DNA from: Malacoraja senta
Taxonomy: Eukaryota
DNA length: 64,000 nt
NCBI GenBank assembly: GCA_038087875.1
Contig: JAXLNO010003381.1
Location: 1 to 64,000 of the forward strand
Direction: 5' to 3'
Made by a program: the position numbers and the translations under genes. How positions within the stretch are numbered: the stretch's first letter is position 1; every line of letters begins with the position of its first letter. This document shows positions 51,301 through 60,386 of this stretch, piece after piece. The notes under the pieces are model-generated. The model saw only the letters and a program-made list of their open reading frames with translations, searched no databases and had not been told where the DNA came from.

Positions 51301-54300
51301 GTAATGTTACAGGTAGATACATGGTGGCACAGTGGCACAGGGGTAGAGTTGCTGCCTTACAGTGCCAGAGACCCATGTTTGATCCTAACCTCGGGTGCTG
51401 TCTGTACGGAGTTTGTACGTTCTCCCCGTGACGTCGTGGGCTTTCTCCGGGTGCTCCAGTTTCCTCCCACACTCCAAAGATGTGCAGGTTTGTAGGTTAA
51501 CTGGCTTTCGTTAAAAATTGTAATTTGTTCTCGTGTGTAGGATAGTGTTAGTGTGCCGGGTGATCGCTGGATGGTGTGGAATTGGTGGGCCGAAGGGCCT
51601 GTTTCCGTACTGTGTCTCTAAAGTCATTAAAGGAAAGTCACCAAGTGATTCAGCTTGACCTGCAGTGTTACTCCAGCACTTTGTGTTTTACTAAAGCTGA
51701 ATAGCCAGTTGCCTGTGGTGACTCAGCAGGTCAGGCAGCATCTCTGGAGAACATGGATAGGTGACGTTTCAAGTCAAGACCATGAGATACTGCCTGACCT
51801 ACTGAGTTACGCCAGCACTTTGTGCCCCATTGAACTAAACTTCCCGGCCTGTGGAGGAAGCTGGATCTGCCACTGATGTTTCAAACTCCACGTCCACCTG
51901 GAATGAACATGAGGTGTCGTTTTCACACAAAGTCTGGTGGGTGTATGGATGAAGCTGCCAGAGGAGGTAGTTGAGGCAGGGACTATCCCATCATTTAAGA
52001 AACAGTTGGACAGGTACATGGATAGGACAGGTTTGAAGGGACATGTACCAAACGTAGACAGGTGGGACAGGTGTTGCTGAGACATGTTGGCCATTGTGGG
52101 TAAGTTGGGCCGAAGGGCCTGTTTCCACACTGTATCACTCTATGACTCAAACACATGTGAAACTCTGCAGATTCAGGAGCTGGGGTGGAGAGACATCATC
52201 AGATCAGTCCAGGTCCGCTCACAAATGCCTCGAAGGAGAACTCAGAGGCTAGGGAAAGCACGGTGTGAAGAACAGCAGAGTCTGTTGTTAGGCAGCTGGT
52301 TTTTCTCGGGAGAGATTACCACAACTTCTCCAAATGTTAAATTGGACAGTCACTCATTTGAGATGCCCGCCTGTTCCCAATGGCTGGCATTCACAGGTTT
52401 TTTCTTTGAATGTGCTGAGGTTTAGGTTCAACATTTCCCATTGCAGTGCGTGGAGGGAGTGACGTGTGTCTTTGATCGACACTAAATGCTGGAGTAACTC
52501 AGCGGGTCAGGAGGCATCTCTGGAGAGAAGGAATGGGGGCGCCCCCCCCCCCCGCCCCAGTGAGGGCACCAGAGGTTCTGGTCCAGGAGAGATCGTCTTT
52601 GGGGAAATGAGCCGCCAGCAGCAGAACCGCCGATGCCCATTGATGAGCTCCCCCCCCCCCCACACTGCTCCTGGGACAGTGAGCTTGTAGTGTGGCCCCT
52701 TGCAGCGGGTCCCCCCTACCCCCCCTCACCTCCCCCCAACCCCTCCCCCCCCCACGGACACCCGGGGATGAGGCACAGAATCACCATCAGGACCGAGGCC
52801 GGAATTCCCAGGCTGGAATTTTCACATCTGGGAGAGTGAGGAGAAATCGTCAACGTACCTTCAGAAACCTTCAATGAGATGGAGGTCAATTCAATGGGTG
52901 AATCCTTTTCCTTTTCTATCACACACCTGTAGTATCCTTCATCACTCTTCTCCAGGTTGTCGATGGTTACTGAAACTATCCGTTGTGTTTTGTTATCAGT
53001 CATCGATGTTTTCCCTTGTCGTGGGTGATCAGTAGAAACCACGGTCACAGGTGTTGGGTAATAACCACCTTTAAGCCATCGCTTCCTGTTGTCACTGTAT
53101 TCCCGATCATACTGACATTCCAAAGTGACCGACTGCCCCAACACTCCCCTCACCTCCTCGGGTTCAGTTATTCCCCTTGACCCTGTGGGCACATTAATGA
53201 TGAAATATCACTCACACTGCAGCAACACAAGCTGAGGTTTAACAATAAAAAACATGTAATTTGTACTTAAGAGTTTAAGAAGGAACTGCAGATGCTGGAA
53301 AATCGAAGGTAGACGAAAGTGCTGGAGAAACTCAGCGGGTGCAGCAGCATCTATGGAGCGAAGGAAATAGGCAACGTTTCGGGCCGAAACCCTTCTTCAG
53401 ACTGTACAGACAGGTTCATGGTTTCGCATAGATCATGTGTAGCAAGGATCTGCAGGTGCTGGTTTATAACAAAGATAGACACAAAGAGCTGGAGTAACTC
53501 AGCGGGACAGGCAGCATCTCTGGAGAAACCAACGGGTGATGTTTCCTCACCCATTCCTTCTCTCCAGAGATGCTGCCCGTCCCGCTGAGTTACTCCAGCA
53601 TTTTGTGTCTCTTCTTTTCCATAGATTCTGTTGCACTTAATGCTTTTCCCGCTGGTGTTAATTCCCATTTCACCGGGATTGTTCCCCAAGTTCCAGTGAA
53701 AGTAGAACTGCTCCTGAATCTACCTGGCGCCCAGATCCTCCTTCCCTGTGGGCGTGGCTTGACCTGAGTGGTGGTCATGTGACAGGAAGCCAACCTGTCA
53801 CTCAATCTGACCCACCCTGTGTTCAACCTCGCTACAACCCACTTCCCCATTGAACTAGTAGAAACAAGGAACTGCAGATGCTGGTTAATACACGGAAGGA
53901 CACAAAGTGCTGGAGTAACTCAACGGGTCAGGAACTATCTCTGGAGAAAGAGGAACTCTCTGGGTGAAAAGGTTTTTCCTCATCTAAATGGCCTACCGCA
54001 TATTCAGGTCTCAACCCTAAACGTCACCTATCCATGTTCTCCAGAGATGCTGCCTGACCTGCTGACATCAGCACTTTGTGCTTTACTAAAGCTGAATAGC
54101 CTGTGATGGCTTAGCGGGTCAGGCAACATCGCTGGAGAACATGGATAGGTAATGTTACGGGTAGAGACATGGTGGCACAGTGGCACAGGGGTAGAATTGC
54201 TGCCTTACAGCGCCAGAGACCCATGTTTGATCCTGACCTCGGGTGCTGTCTGTACGAATTCTGTACGTTCTCCCCGTGACAGCGTGGGCTTTCTCCAGTT

Positions 54301-56396
54301 TCCTCCCACACTCCAAAGACGTGTAGGTTTGTAGGTTGAATGGCTTTCGTTAAAATTGTAAATTTGTTCCTCGTGTGTAGGATAGTGTTACTGTGCCGGG
54401 AGATCGCTGGATGGCGTGGACTTTGTGGGCCAAAGGGCCTGTTTCCGTGCTGTATATCTAAAATCACTAGAGGAAAGTCACCAGGAGATGCAGCTTGACC
54501 TGCAGTGTTACTCCAGCACTTTGTGTTTTACTAAAGCTGAATAGCCAGTTGCCTGTGGTGACTCAGCAGGTCAGGCAGCATATCTGGAGAACATGGAGAG
54601 GTGACGTTTCAAGTCAAGACCATGAGATACTGCCTGACCCACTGAGTTGCGCCAGCACTTTGTGCCCCATTGAACTAAACTTCCCGGCCTGAGGTGGAAG
54701 CTGGATCTGCCACTGATGTTTCAAACTCCACGTCCACCTGGAATAATCCTGAGGTGTCTTTTTCACACAAAGTCTGGTCGGTGTATGGATGAAGCTGCCA
54801 GAGGAAATAGTTGAGGCAAGGCTATCCCATCATTTAAGAAACAGTTGGACAGGTACATGGATAGGACAGGTTTGAAGGGACATGGACCAAACGTGGACAG
54901 GTGGGACTAGTGTTGCTGAGACATGTTGGCCGGTGTGGGTAAGTTGGCCCGAAGGGCCTGTTTCCACACTGTATCACTCTATGACTCTAACACATGTGAA
55001 ACTCTGCAGCTTCAGGAGCTGGGGTGGAGACACATCATCAGATCAGTCCAGGTCCGCTCACAAGCCACAAGACAAATGCCTTGAAGGAGAACTCAGAGGC
55101 TGGGGAAAGCACGGTGTGAAGAACAGCTCGAGCAGCAGAGTGTTTTGTAAGGCAGCTGTTTTTTCCCAGAAGGGAGTGATTACCACAACTTCTCGAAATG
55201 CTAAATTGGACAGTCTCTCTGGTGCTTCCTCATTTGAGATGCCCGCCTGTTCCCATTGGCTGGTTTTATCTTTGAATGTGCTAAGTTTTAGGTTCAACAT
55301 TTCCCATTGCAGTGCGTGGAGGGAGTGCCGTGTGTCTTTGATAGACACTAAATGCTGGAGTAACTCAGCGGGTGAGGCGGCATCTCTGGAGAGAAGCAAT
55401 GGGTGACGTTTCGGGTCGAGACCCTTCTTCAGACCGAGTGTCGGGGGGCGGACGTATGCAAGGGGTAAAGCGTGAAAACGCAGATCAAAGCAGATGGTGT
55501 TAAGGAAATGTAGATAGCAGAGCCGGAGAGCAGGAGGAATCACAGAGGGGAACAGCGGGGGAGGGTGTTGCAGAATTCTCGTTGGGGATTGGAGGAGAAC
55601 TTCTGTCCCAGGCTAACTGAACCACACCAAAGGCCCGCATTTACATCTAGCGAAAGGTCAGCGTGTGGCACTCTGGTTACCGAGTCAGAGAGTCGTTGGT
55701 TCAATTCCCACTCCCGAAGCTCGAGGACTGAGGGAGTGCGGTACTGAGGGAACTCGCCACTGCTGGAGGTGGTGTCACTTTGCCGAGGCATTTAGCTGAT
55801 CTGCTGTCTGCTCTCTCAAGTCACTGAGAAAGTTCACCTGTAGATAGCATGCACCAGAATAGTGGAGCGAACTATCTGTTCTGGGGCCAAGAGTTACCCC
55901 TACACCCATGATCAACAGGGCCAGCTGCGGACTTTATTTCTGAGGCTGCGGCCTCTGGTCCTACACTCTCCCACTAGTGGAAACATCCTCACCCCATCCA
56001 CTCTATCCAGGCCTTCATTATTCGGTATTAAACATTAAGCTTCACTATTCGGTAAGTTTCAATGAGGTCCACAAGGCCAGGCAATCTCTAGAAAGTTATC
56101 TCCACAGGGAGCTAGCTGGGTGCGATTTGGCTGCACACAACACGACAACCGCTGATGGAAGTCTCTACAGGAACTAACGAGTGTTGAGCAATTTATCATC
56201 AGCTCCCCACATAGTACAGAGAGGTCTGTGGTTACAAATAATTCAAGACGCTGGTAAATAATTCTGAAGAACAGAGCATTTTGTAAAACAACGATTTACC
56301 TGGTGTAAGACCAACAGCGACCAGAACCAGCAGAGCGACTGTTCCCCTGGGTCTGGGCCGTTTCTGGTGGGTGAATTCTCCCTGTCCCATCGCCAT
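39212..56396 (-). CDS. Gene B model: CD300/pIgR-like (MDIR-like) inhibitory Ig-superfamily receptor, 3 V domains, 501 aa. join(complement 56300-56396, 52859-53182, 49810-50133, 48838-49158, 47226-47340, 46503-46618, 41251-41303, 39212-39367)
   Basis: All 7 introns are GT..AG, with phases 1,1,1,1,2,1,0 consistent; total 1506 nt = 501 aa + stop. Contains a signal peptide, 3 V-set domains, a Thr-rich stalk, an uncharged TM and three Tyr motifs (VIYTTV, NTYMNL, IVYATI). Family call is from sequence motifs, not a database search. Confidence 0.85.
39760..40165. other. Assembly gap (406 N) in the last intron of gene B
   Basis: Run of N. Confidence 0.99.
40430..40752 (-). mobile_element. V-SINE (HE1-like)
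   Basis: Reverse-complement copy. Confidence 0.85.
41251..41303 (-). CDS. Gene B exon 7, cytoplasmic ([18 protein letters not shown])
   Basis: Acceptor tatatttttcag|G and donor CAAG|gtaagg; 53 nt, phase 1 to 0, open. Confidence 0.75.
43832..44871 (+). mobile_element. Second 5'-truncated Penelope-like element (ORF 43918-44658), inserted into a CR1 copy
   Basis: Near-identical to 490-1482. CR1 sequence resumes on both sides; possible 5-bp duplication accat at 43827-43831 and 44872-44876. Confidence 0.88.
44778..44805 (+). ncRNA. Hammerhead-like motif in PLE pLTR
   Basis: Identical to the 1390-1417 motif. Confidence 0.7.
45416..45443 (+). ncRNA. Hammerhead-like motif, short solo pLTR fragment
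   Basis: CTGAAGAAGGGTTTCGGCCCGAAACGTT. Confidence 0.65.
46503..46618 (-). CDS. Gene B exon 6, transmembrane ([39 protein letters not shown])
   Basis: Acceptor ttttttcttgtattttgcag|G and donor ACTG|gtaagt; 116 nt, phase 2 to 1. Uncharged hydrophobic span followed by a basic stop-transfer run. Confidence 0.9.
46866..47160 (+). mobile_element. V-SINE (HE1-like)
   Basis: Same structure. Confidence 0.85.
47226..47340 (-). CDS. Gene B exon 5, Thr/Pro-rich stalk ([37 protein letters not shown])
   Basis: Acceptor ttctttatctccacaag|G and donor AATG|gttagt; 115 nt, phase 1 to 2; mucin-like composition. Confidence 0.8.
48838..49158 (-). CDS. Gene B exon 4, Ig V-set domain Vc ([25 protein letters not shown]...[27 protein letters not shown])
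   Basis: Acceptor gccaacag|GG and donor GAAG|gtacg; 321 nt, phase 1-1; canonical V-set motifs. Confidence 0.9.
49810..50133 (-). CDS. Gene B exon 3, Ig V-set domain Vb
   Basis: Same splice sites and length as Va; 321/324 nt identical to it. Confidence 0.9.
50324..50351 (-). ncRNA. Hammerhead-like motif, sense to gene B intron 2
   Basis: aacgtttcgggccgaaacccttcttcag on the plus strand is an intact motif on the minus strand. Confidence 0.65.
51322..51622 (+). mobile_element. V-SINE (HE1-like), duplicated at 54168-54462
   Basis: Same structure. Confidence 0.85.
52859..53182 (-). CDS. Gene B exon 2, Ig V-set domain Va ([25 protein letters not shown]...[28 protein letters not shown])
   Basis: Acceptor cccacag|GG and donor GAAG|gtacg; 324 nt, phase 1-1. 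Has the B-strand Cys, C-strand Trp and D-x-G-x-Y-x-C motif. Confidence 0.9.
53373..53400 (-). ncRNA. Hammerhead-like motif, sense to gene B intron 1
   Basis: Identical to 50324-50351; duplicated with the V-exon unit. Confidence 0.65.
55405..55432 (-). ncRNA. Hammerhead-like motif, sense to gene B intron 1, GUC site
   Basis: Reverse complement CUGAAGAAGGGU[CUCG]ACCCGAAACGUC; stem II U-A replaces the U-G of the other subfamily. Confidence 0.65.
55660..55915 (+). mobile_element. Diverged DeuSINE (SacSINE1/AmnSINE-like) relic
   Basis: tRNA-like B-box ggttcaattcc followed by gagggagtgcggtactg..ggaggtggtgtcacttt..ctgctctctcaagt, resembling the Deu domain as recalled. Confidence 0.5.
56300..56396 (-). 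CDS. Gene B exon 1, signal peptide [32 protein letters not shown](G)
   Basis: ATG at 56396; basic n-region then hydrophobic h-region; phase-1 donor CCAG|gtaaat. The paralogous copy at 63557 differs by 4 synonymous and 2 non-synonymous changes. Confidence 0.8.
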
Positions 56397-58465
56397 GTCT
56401 CGGCTGCGTTGGATCGGTTTGGACCCTGCACTGCGTTTGAGTTGTCCTCTTCCTCATTCACAACAGAAGTCAAACAGTCAATTTCCGTTTACTCAGGATA
56501 CGACTTTGCAGTGGTTCGAGACTAACTTGGTGACTCACTTGCCACCTCCCCCAGCCTCCTCACCACGGACAATGCACCTATCAGGACTGCGCTGCAACGC
56601 TCTCTAGTTGCCTGAATTGGAGCATCTCCTCCAAGCTCTGCTTCATCCTGGTGACATTTGCCCACTTGACTGGTGCTCTGTCCACCACTGCAAACATTCC
56701 CTTGCCCACCCCCTCAACCCCCTCCCCTAAATGCGGGCACACTGGGTCTGAATTTCTATGGGATTAGGAGGCAGAGATCAGCCGTGTTTGAATGGCGGAG
56801 TAGACTCGATGGGCCGAATGGGCAAATTCTACCCCTGGAACGTGTGAACTTGTGATATGTTTATCCACCTCAAAATGCGCGTCACTAATTTGTCCAGCCT
56901 TCCTCAGCTTCTCATGTGTTGAAACGTTACCCAGGAGAAATAAGACAACGCCAAACGTGATCAGGTAAGTCCACTCACGTCACCAGATAAACACCAGATA
57001 GATTCTTAATTAGTACATAGAGGTCAGAGATTATGGAGAGAAGGCAGGAGAATGGGGTTGGGAGGGAGTGATAGATCAGCCATGATTGAATGGTGGAGTA
57101 GATTTGATGGGCCGAATGGCCTAATTCTACTCTCATCACAACAACCTTATGACAAAAATTCAGCATCTTTTATTACATTGGATTACTTTAATCATTATTC
57201 AGTGTGCCGGGTTTTACACAACAATTCATTTGGTAATAAAGTTAAAAGTTCACATTCTGGAGAGCCAGCTTTGAGTTCTAGTCTATGTACTGCTGTCTTT
57301 TGGGTGAATGTCAGGATGTACAGACGTGTCTTCAAACATAGTTGCAGAATTCGGCCATTTGCTCCATCGAGTCTACTTCGCCATTCAATCATGGATGATC
57401 TATCTTTCCCCCTCCATCCCATTCTCCTGCCTCCTCCCCTCAACCTTTGACACCCTGAGTAAACCTGTCAATCTCCAATTTGAAAATATCCATTGATTTG
57501 GCCTCCACAGCCGTCTGTGGCAATGAATTCCACAGATTCATCACCCTTTGGCTAAAGAAATTCCTCCTCGAGCGGTCAAGTTAGATTGGACATAAGTGGG
57601 GTGTGGTGATGCTGTAGGGTCAAGGTGATGAGATCTGTCCATCTCCAACTGGTGAACACCCTCTCTGGCCCTGAAAAGCTAAACGATGATTATTGGGCGT
57701 CATTCCATCAGAATAACAATATTGATATAACGATTACCCTCAATTTTTTAATCTTATTCTTCTACCGCGTGTCCACAGTTCAATACTTGTAATCATCTAA
57801 CTGTTTTTATGTCCCCATTGCTCAATGGTACTTTATTGTCTCGTGTACATGGGTACAGTGAAATTTCTTTTGCATAGAATTCAGTAAAAAGCTTACTTGA
57901 TATAAGCACAGCTGAAGCTAAGGATAAGAGTGTATTAATAGCAGATTATATGATACAGTACACAACAGTTGCCACTATTTTGGCAGTATTTTATATTCTT
58001 AAACACCAAATTGGTAAAAAAGCAGAGTCTTATTTTGGGTTTAAAGGCCCGCTGTCGTGGGGACGGCACTGGGTGGGAGTTGCAGGTGTTCGGCCTGGCC
58101 TGGCGATGTTGTAGGTGCCTCCACCGCCGCTCCGTGCCGCTGCAGGATGTGTCCGATCCGCCCGCTCGTCCCCGACCTCTGTGGGGCCTCCAGCGGCACC
58201 CGATCCACCGACTTCTGCAGGGCCTCCAGCAGCCCACTCGCACTCCGCCCACACCTCGACCCACCAACGCACACTTTTCCCTCGCCTCCCACGGCAGTCT
58301 CCATGCGAGGTGAGGCCCCACCCAGGCAGATCACCGGCGCTGTTCCTCTCCTCCCTCCACCGCTGCCGACCCCATCTCCAAGGTCGCGGCTGGTTTTTTC
58401 CTTGAATAACAATGAAAACACAGTTTATAATCTCTACCATCAAATTTTACCCGAGGAAACGACCC

Positions 58466-58735
58466 AGGCGGCACAGTGGCGCAGCGGTAGAGTTGCTGCC
58501 TTACAGCGCCAGAGACCCGGGTTTGATCATGACCACGGGTGCTGTCTGTAGGGAGTTTGTATGTTCTACCTGTGACAGTGTGGGTTTTCTCCGGGTGCTC
58601 CGGTTTCTTACCACAATCCAAAGACGTGTAGTTTTGTAGGTTAATTGGCCTCTGTATAATTGTAAATTGTCCCTCGTGTGTACGATAGTGTGAGTGTACG
58701 GGGTGATCATTGGTCGGCGCGGACTTGGTTGGATG
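58466..58735 (+). mobile_element. V-SINE (HE1-like), mirrored at 62385-62648 (minus)
   Basis: Same structure; part of the inverted duplication. Confidence 0.85.
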
Positions 58736-58744
58736 TAGGGTCTA

Positions 58745-60186
58745 CAGTGCCCTCCATAATGTTTGGGACAAAGACCCATAATTTATTTATTTGCCTCTGT
58801 ACTCCACAATTTGAAATTTGTAATAGAAAAAAAAAATCACATGTGGTTAAAGTGCACATTGTCAAATATTAATACAGGCCATTTTTATACATTTTGGTTT
58901 CACCATGTAAAAATTACAGCAGTGTTTATACATCGTTCCCCCATTTCAGGGCAGCACAATGTTTGGGATACAGCAATGTCATGTAAATGAAAGTGGTTAT
59001 GTTTCGTATTTTGTTGCATATCCTTTGCATGCAATGACTGCTTGAAGTATGCGATTCATGGACATCATGGTGTCTTCTCTGGTGATGCTCTGCCAGGCCT
59101 GTATTGCAGCCATCTTTAGCTTATGCTTTTTTGGGGGGCTAGACCCCCTCAGTTTTCTCTTCAGCATATAAACAGCATGCTTAATCGGCATTTAGAATGA
59201 CTTGGCCACAAAAGAATTGACCAGTTTTTAGGTTTGAAAAATTCCTTTGTTGCTTTTGCAATATGTTTGGAATCATTGTCTTCCTGTAGAATGAACTGCC
59301 GGCCTATGGGTTTTGAGGCATTTGTTTGAACTTGAGCAGATAGGATTTGTCTATACACTTCAGAATTCATTATGCTACCACCATCAGCAGTTGTATCAAC
59401 AATGAAGATAAGTGAGTCAGTACCTTCAGCAGCCATACATGCCCAGGCCATAACACCCCCACCACCGTGTTTCACAGATGAGGAGGTATGCTTTGGATCT
59501 TGGGCAATTCCTTCTGTTCTCCATACTTTGCTCTTGCCATTACTCTGATATAAGTTCATCTTCGTCTCATCTGTCCACAAGATCTTTTTGCATAACTGTG
59601 GATGCTCTTTTAGGTAGTTCTTGGCAAACTGTAACCCGACCATCCTATTTTTGTGGCTAACCAGTGGTTTGCATCTTGCAGTGTAGCCTCTGTATTTCTG
59701 TTCATGAAGGCTTCTGCGGACAGTGGTCATTGACAAATCCACACCTGACTCCTGAAGAGTGTTTCTTATCTGTCGACTGGTGTTTGGGGATTTTTCTTTA
59801 TTATAGAGAGAATTCTTCTGTTATCAGCTGTGGAGGTCTTCCTTGTCCTGCCAGTCCCTTTGCGATTAGTAAGCTCACCAGTGCTCTCTTTCTTCTTAAT
59901 GATATTCAAAACAGTTGATTTTGGCAAGCTTAACGTTTGGCTGATGTCTCTAACAGTTTTATTCTTGTTTCTCATTCTCATAATGGCTTCTTTGACTTTC
60001 ATTGGCACAACTTTGGTCCTCATGTTGATAAACAGCAATAAAAGTTTCCAAAGGTGATGGAAAGACTGGAGGAAAGACTAGGTGCTGAGAGCTTTCTTAT
60101 ACCTGCATTAAGGAGGCAATTAAACACACCTGAGCAATTACAAACACCTTTGAAGCCAGTGTCCCAAACATTATGGTGCCCTGAAA
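58745..60186 (-). mobile_element. Tc1-family DNA transposon, IR/DR type, frameshifted transposase (59161-59742, 59766-60038)
   Basis: TA followed by the CAGTGCCCTCCATAATGTTTGGGAC terminus; inner DRs near 58945 and 60161-60186. Paired-like HTH, GRPRK-like motif, WTDE, VMAW and QEDND (DD34E family). The other end lies in the gap. Confidence 0.9.
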
Positions 60187-60386
60187 NNNNNNNNNNNNNN
60201 NNNNNNNNNNNNNNNNNNNNNNNNNNNNNNNNNNNNNNNNNNNNNNNNNNNNNNNNNNNNNNNNNNNNNNNNNNNNNNNNNNNNNNNNNNNNNNNNNNNN
60301 NNNNNNNNNNNNNNNNNNNNNNNNNNNNNNNNNNNNNNNNNNNNNNNNNNNNNNNNNNNNNNNNNNNNNNNNNNNNNNNNNNNNNN
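60187..60386. other. Assembly gap (200 N) inside the spacer of the inverted duplication
   Basis: Run of N. Confidence 0.99.

Larger units (their letters stand above)
48521..55403. repeat. Tandem array of V-exon-containing units (older Vc unit; recent Vb/Va units, period ~3.05 kb)
   Basis: About 49735-52537 matches about 52784-55403 (exon offset 3049); 52538-52800 matches 48521-48790. Confidence 0.92.
55962..59520. repeat. Left arm of a large inverted duplication (gene B leader/promoter, SINE, Tc1 3' end)
   Basis: Reverse complement matches 61673-64000, except for 56516-57683, which is absent from the right arm. Confidence 0.9.

Noticed and set aside
48838-53182. V exons as rearranging Ig/TCR segments
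   Set aside because: No RSS heptamer/nonamer follows them; each ends in a splice donor and includes its own G strand.
57935-58551. Overlapping GC-rich ORFs (mirrored at 62704-63154)
   Set aside because: Low-complexity GC-rich repeat-like segment; frames are not conserved between the two arms.
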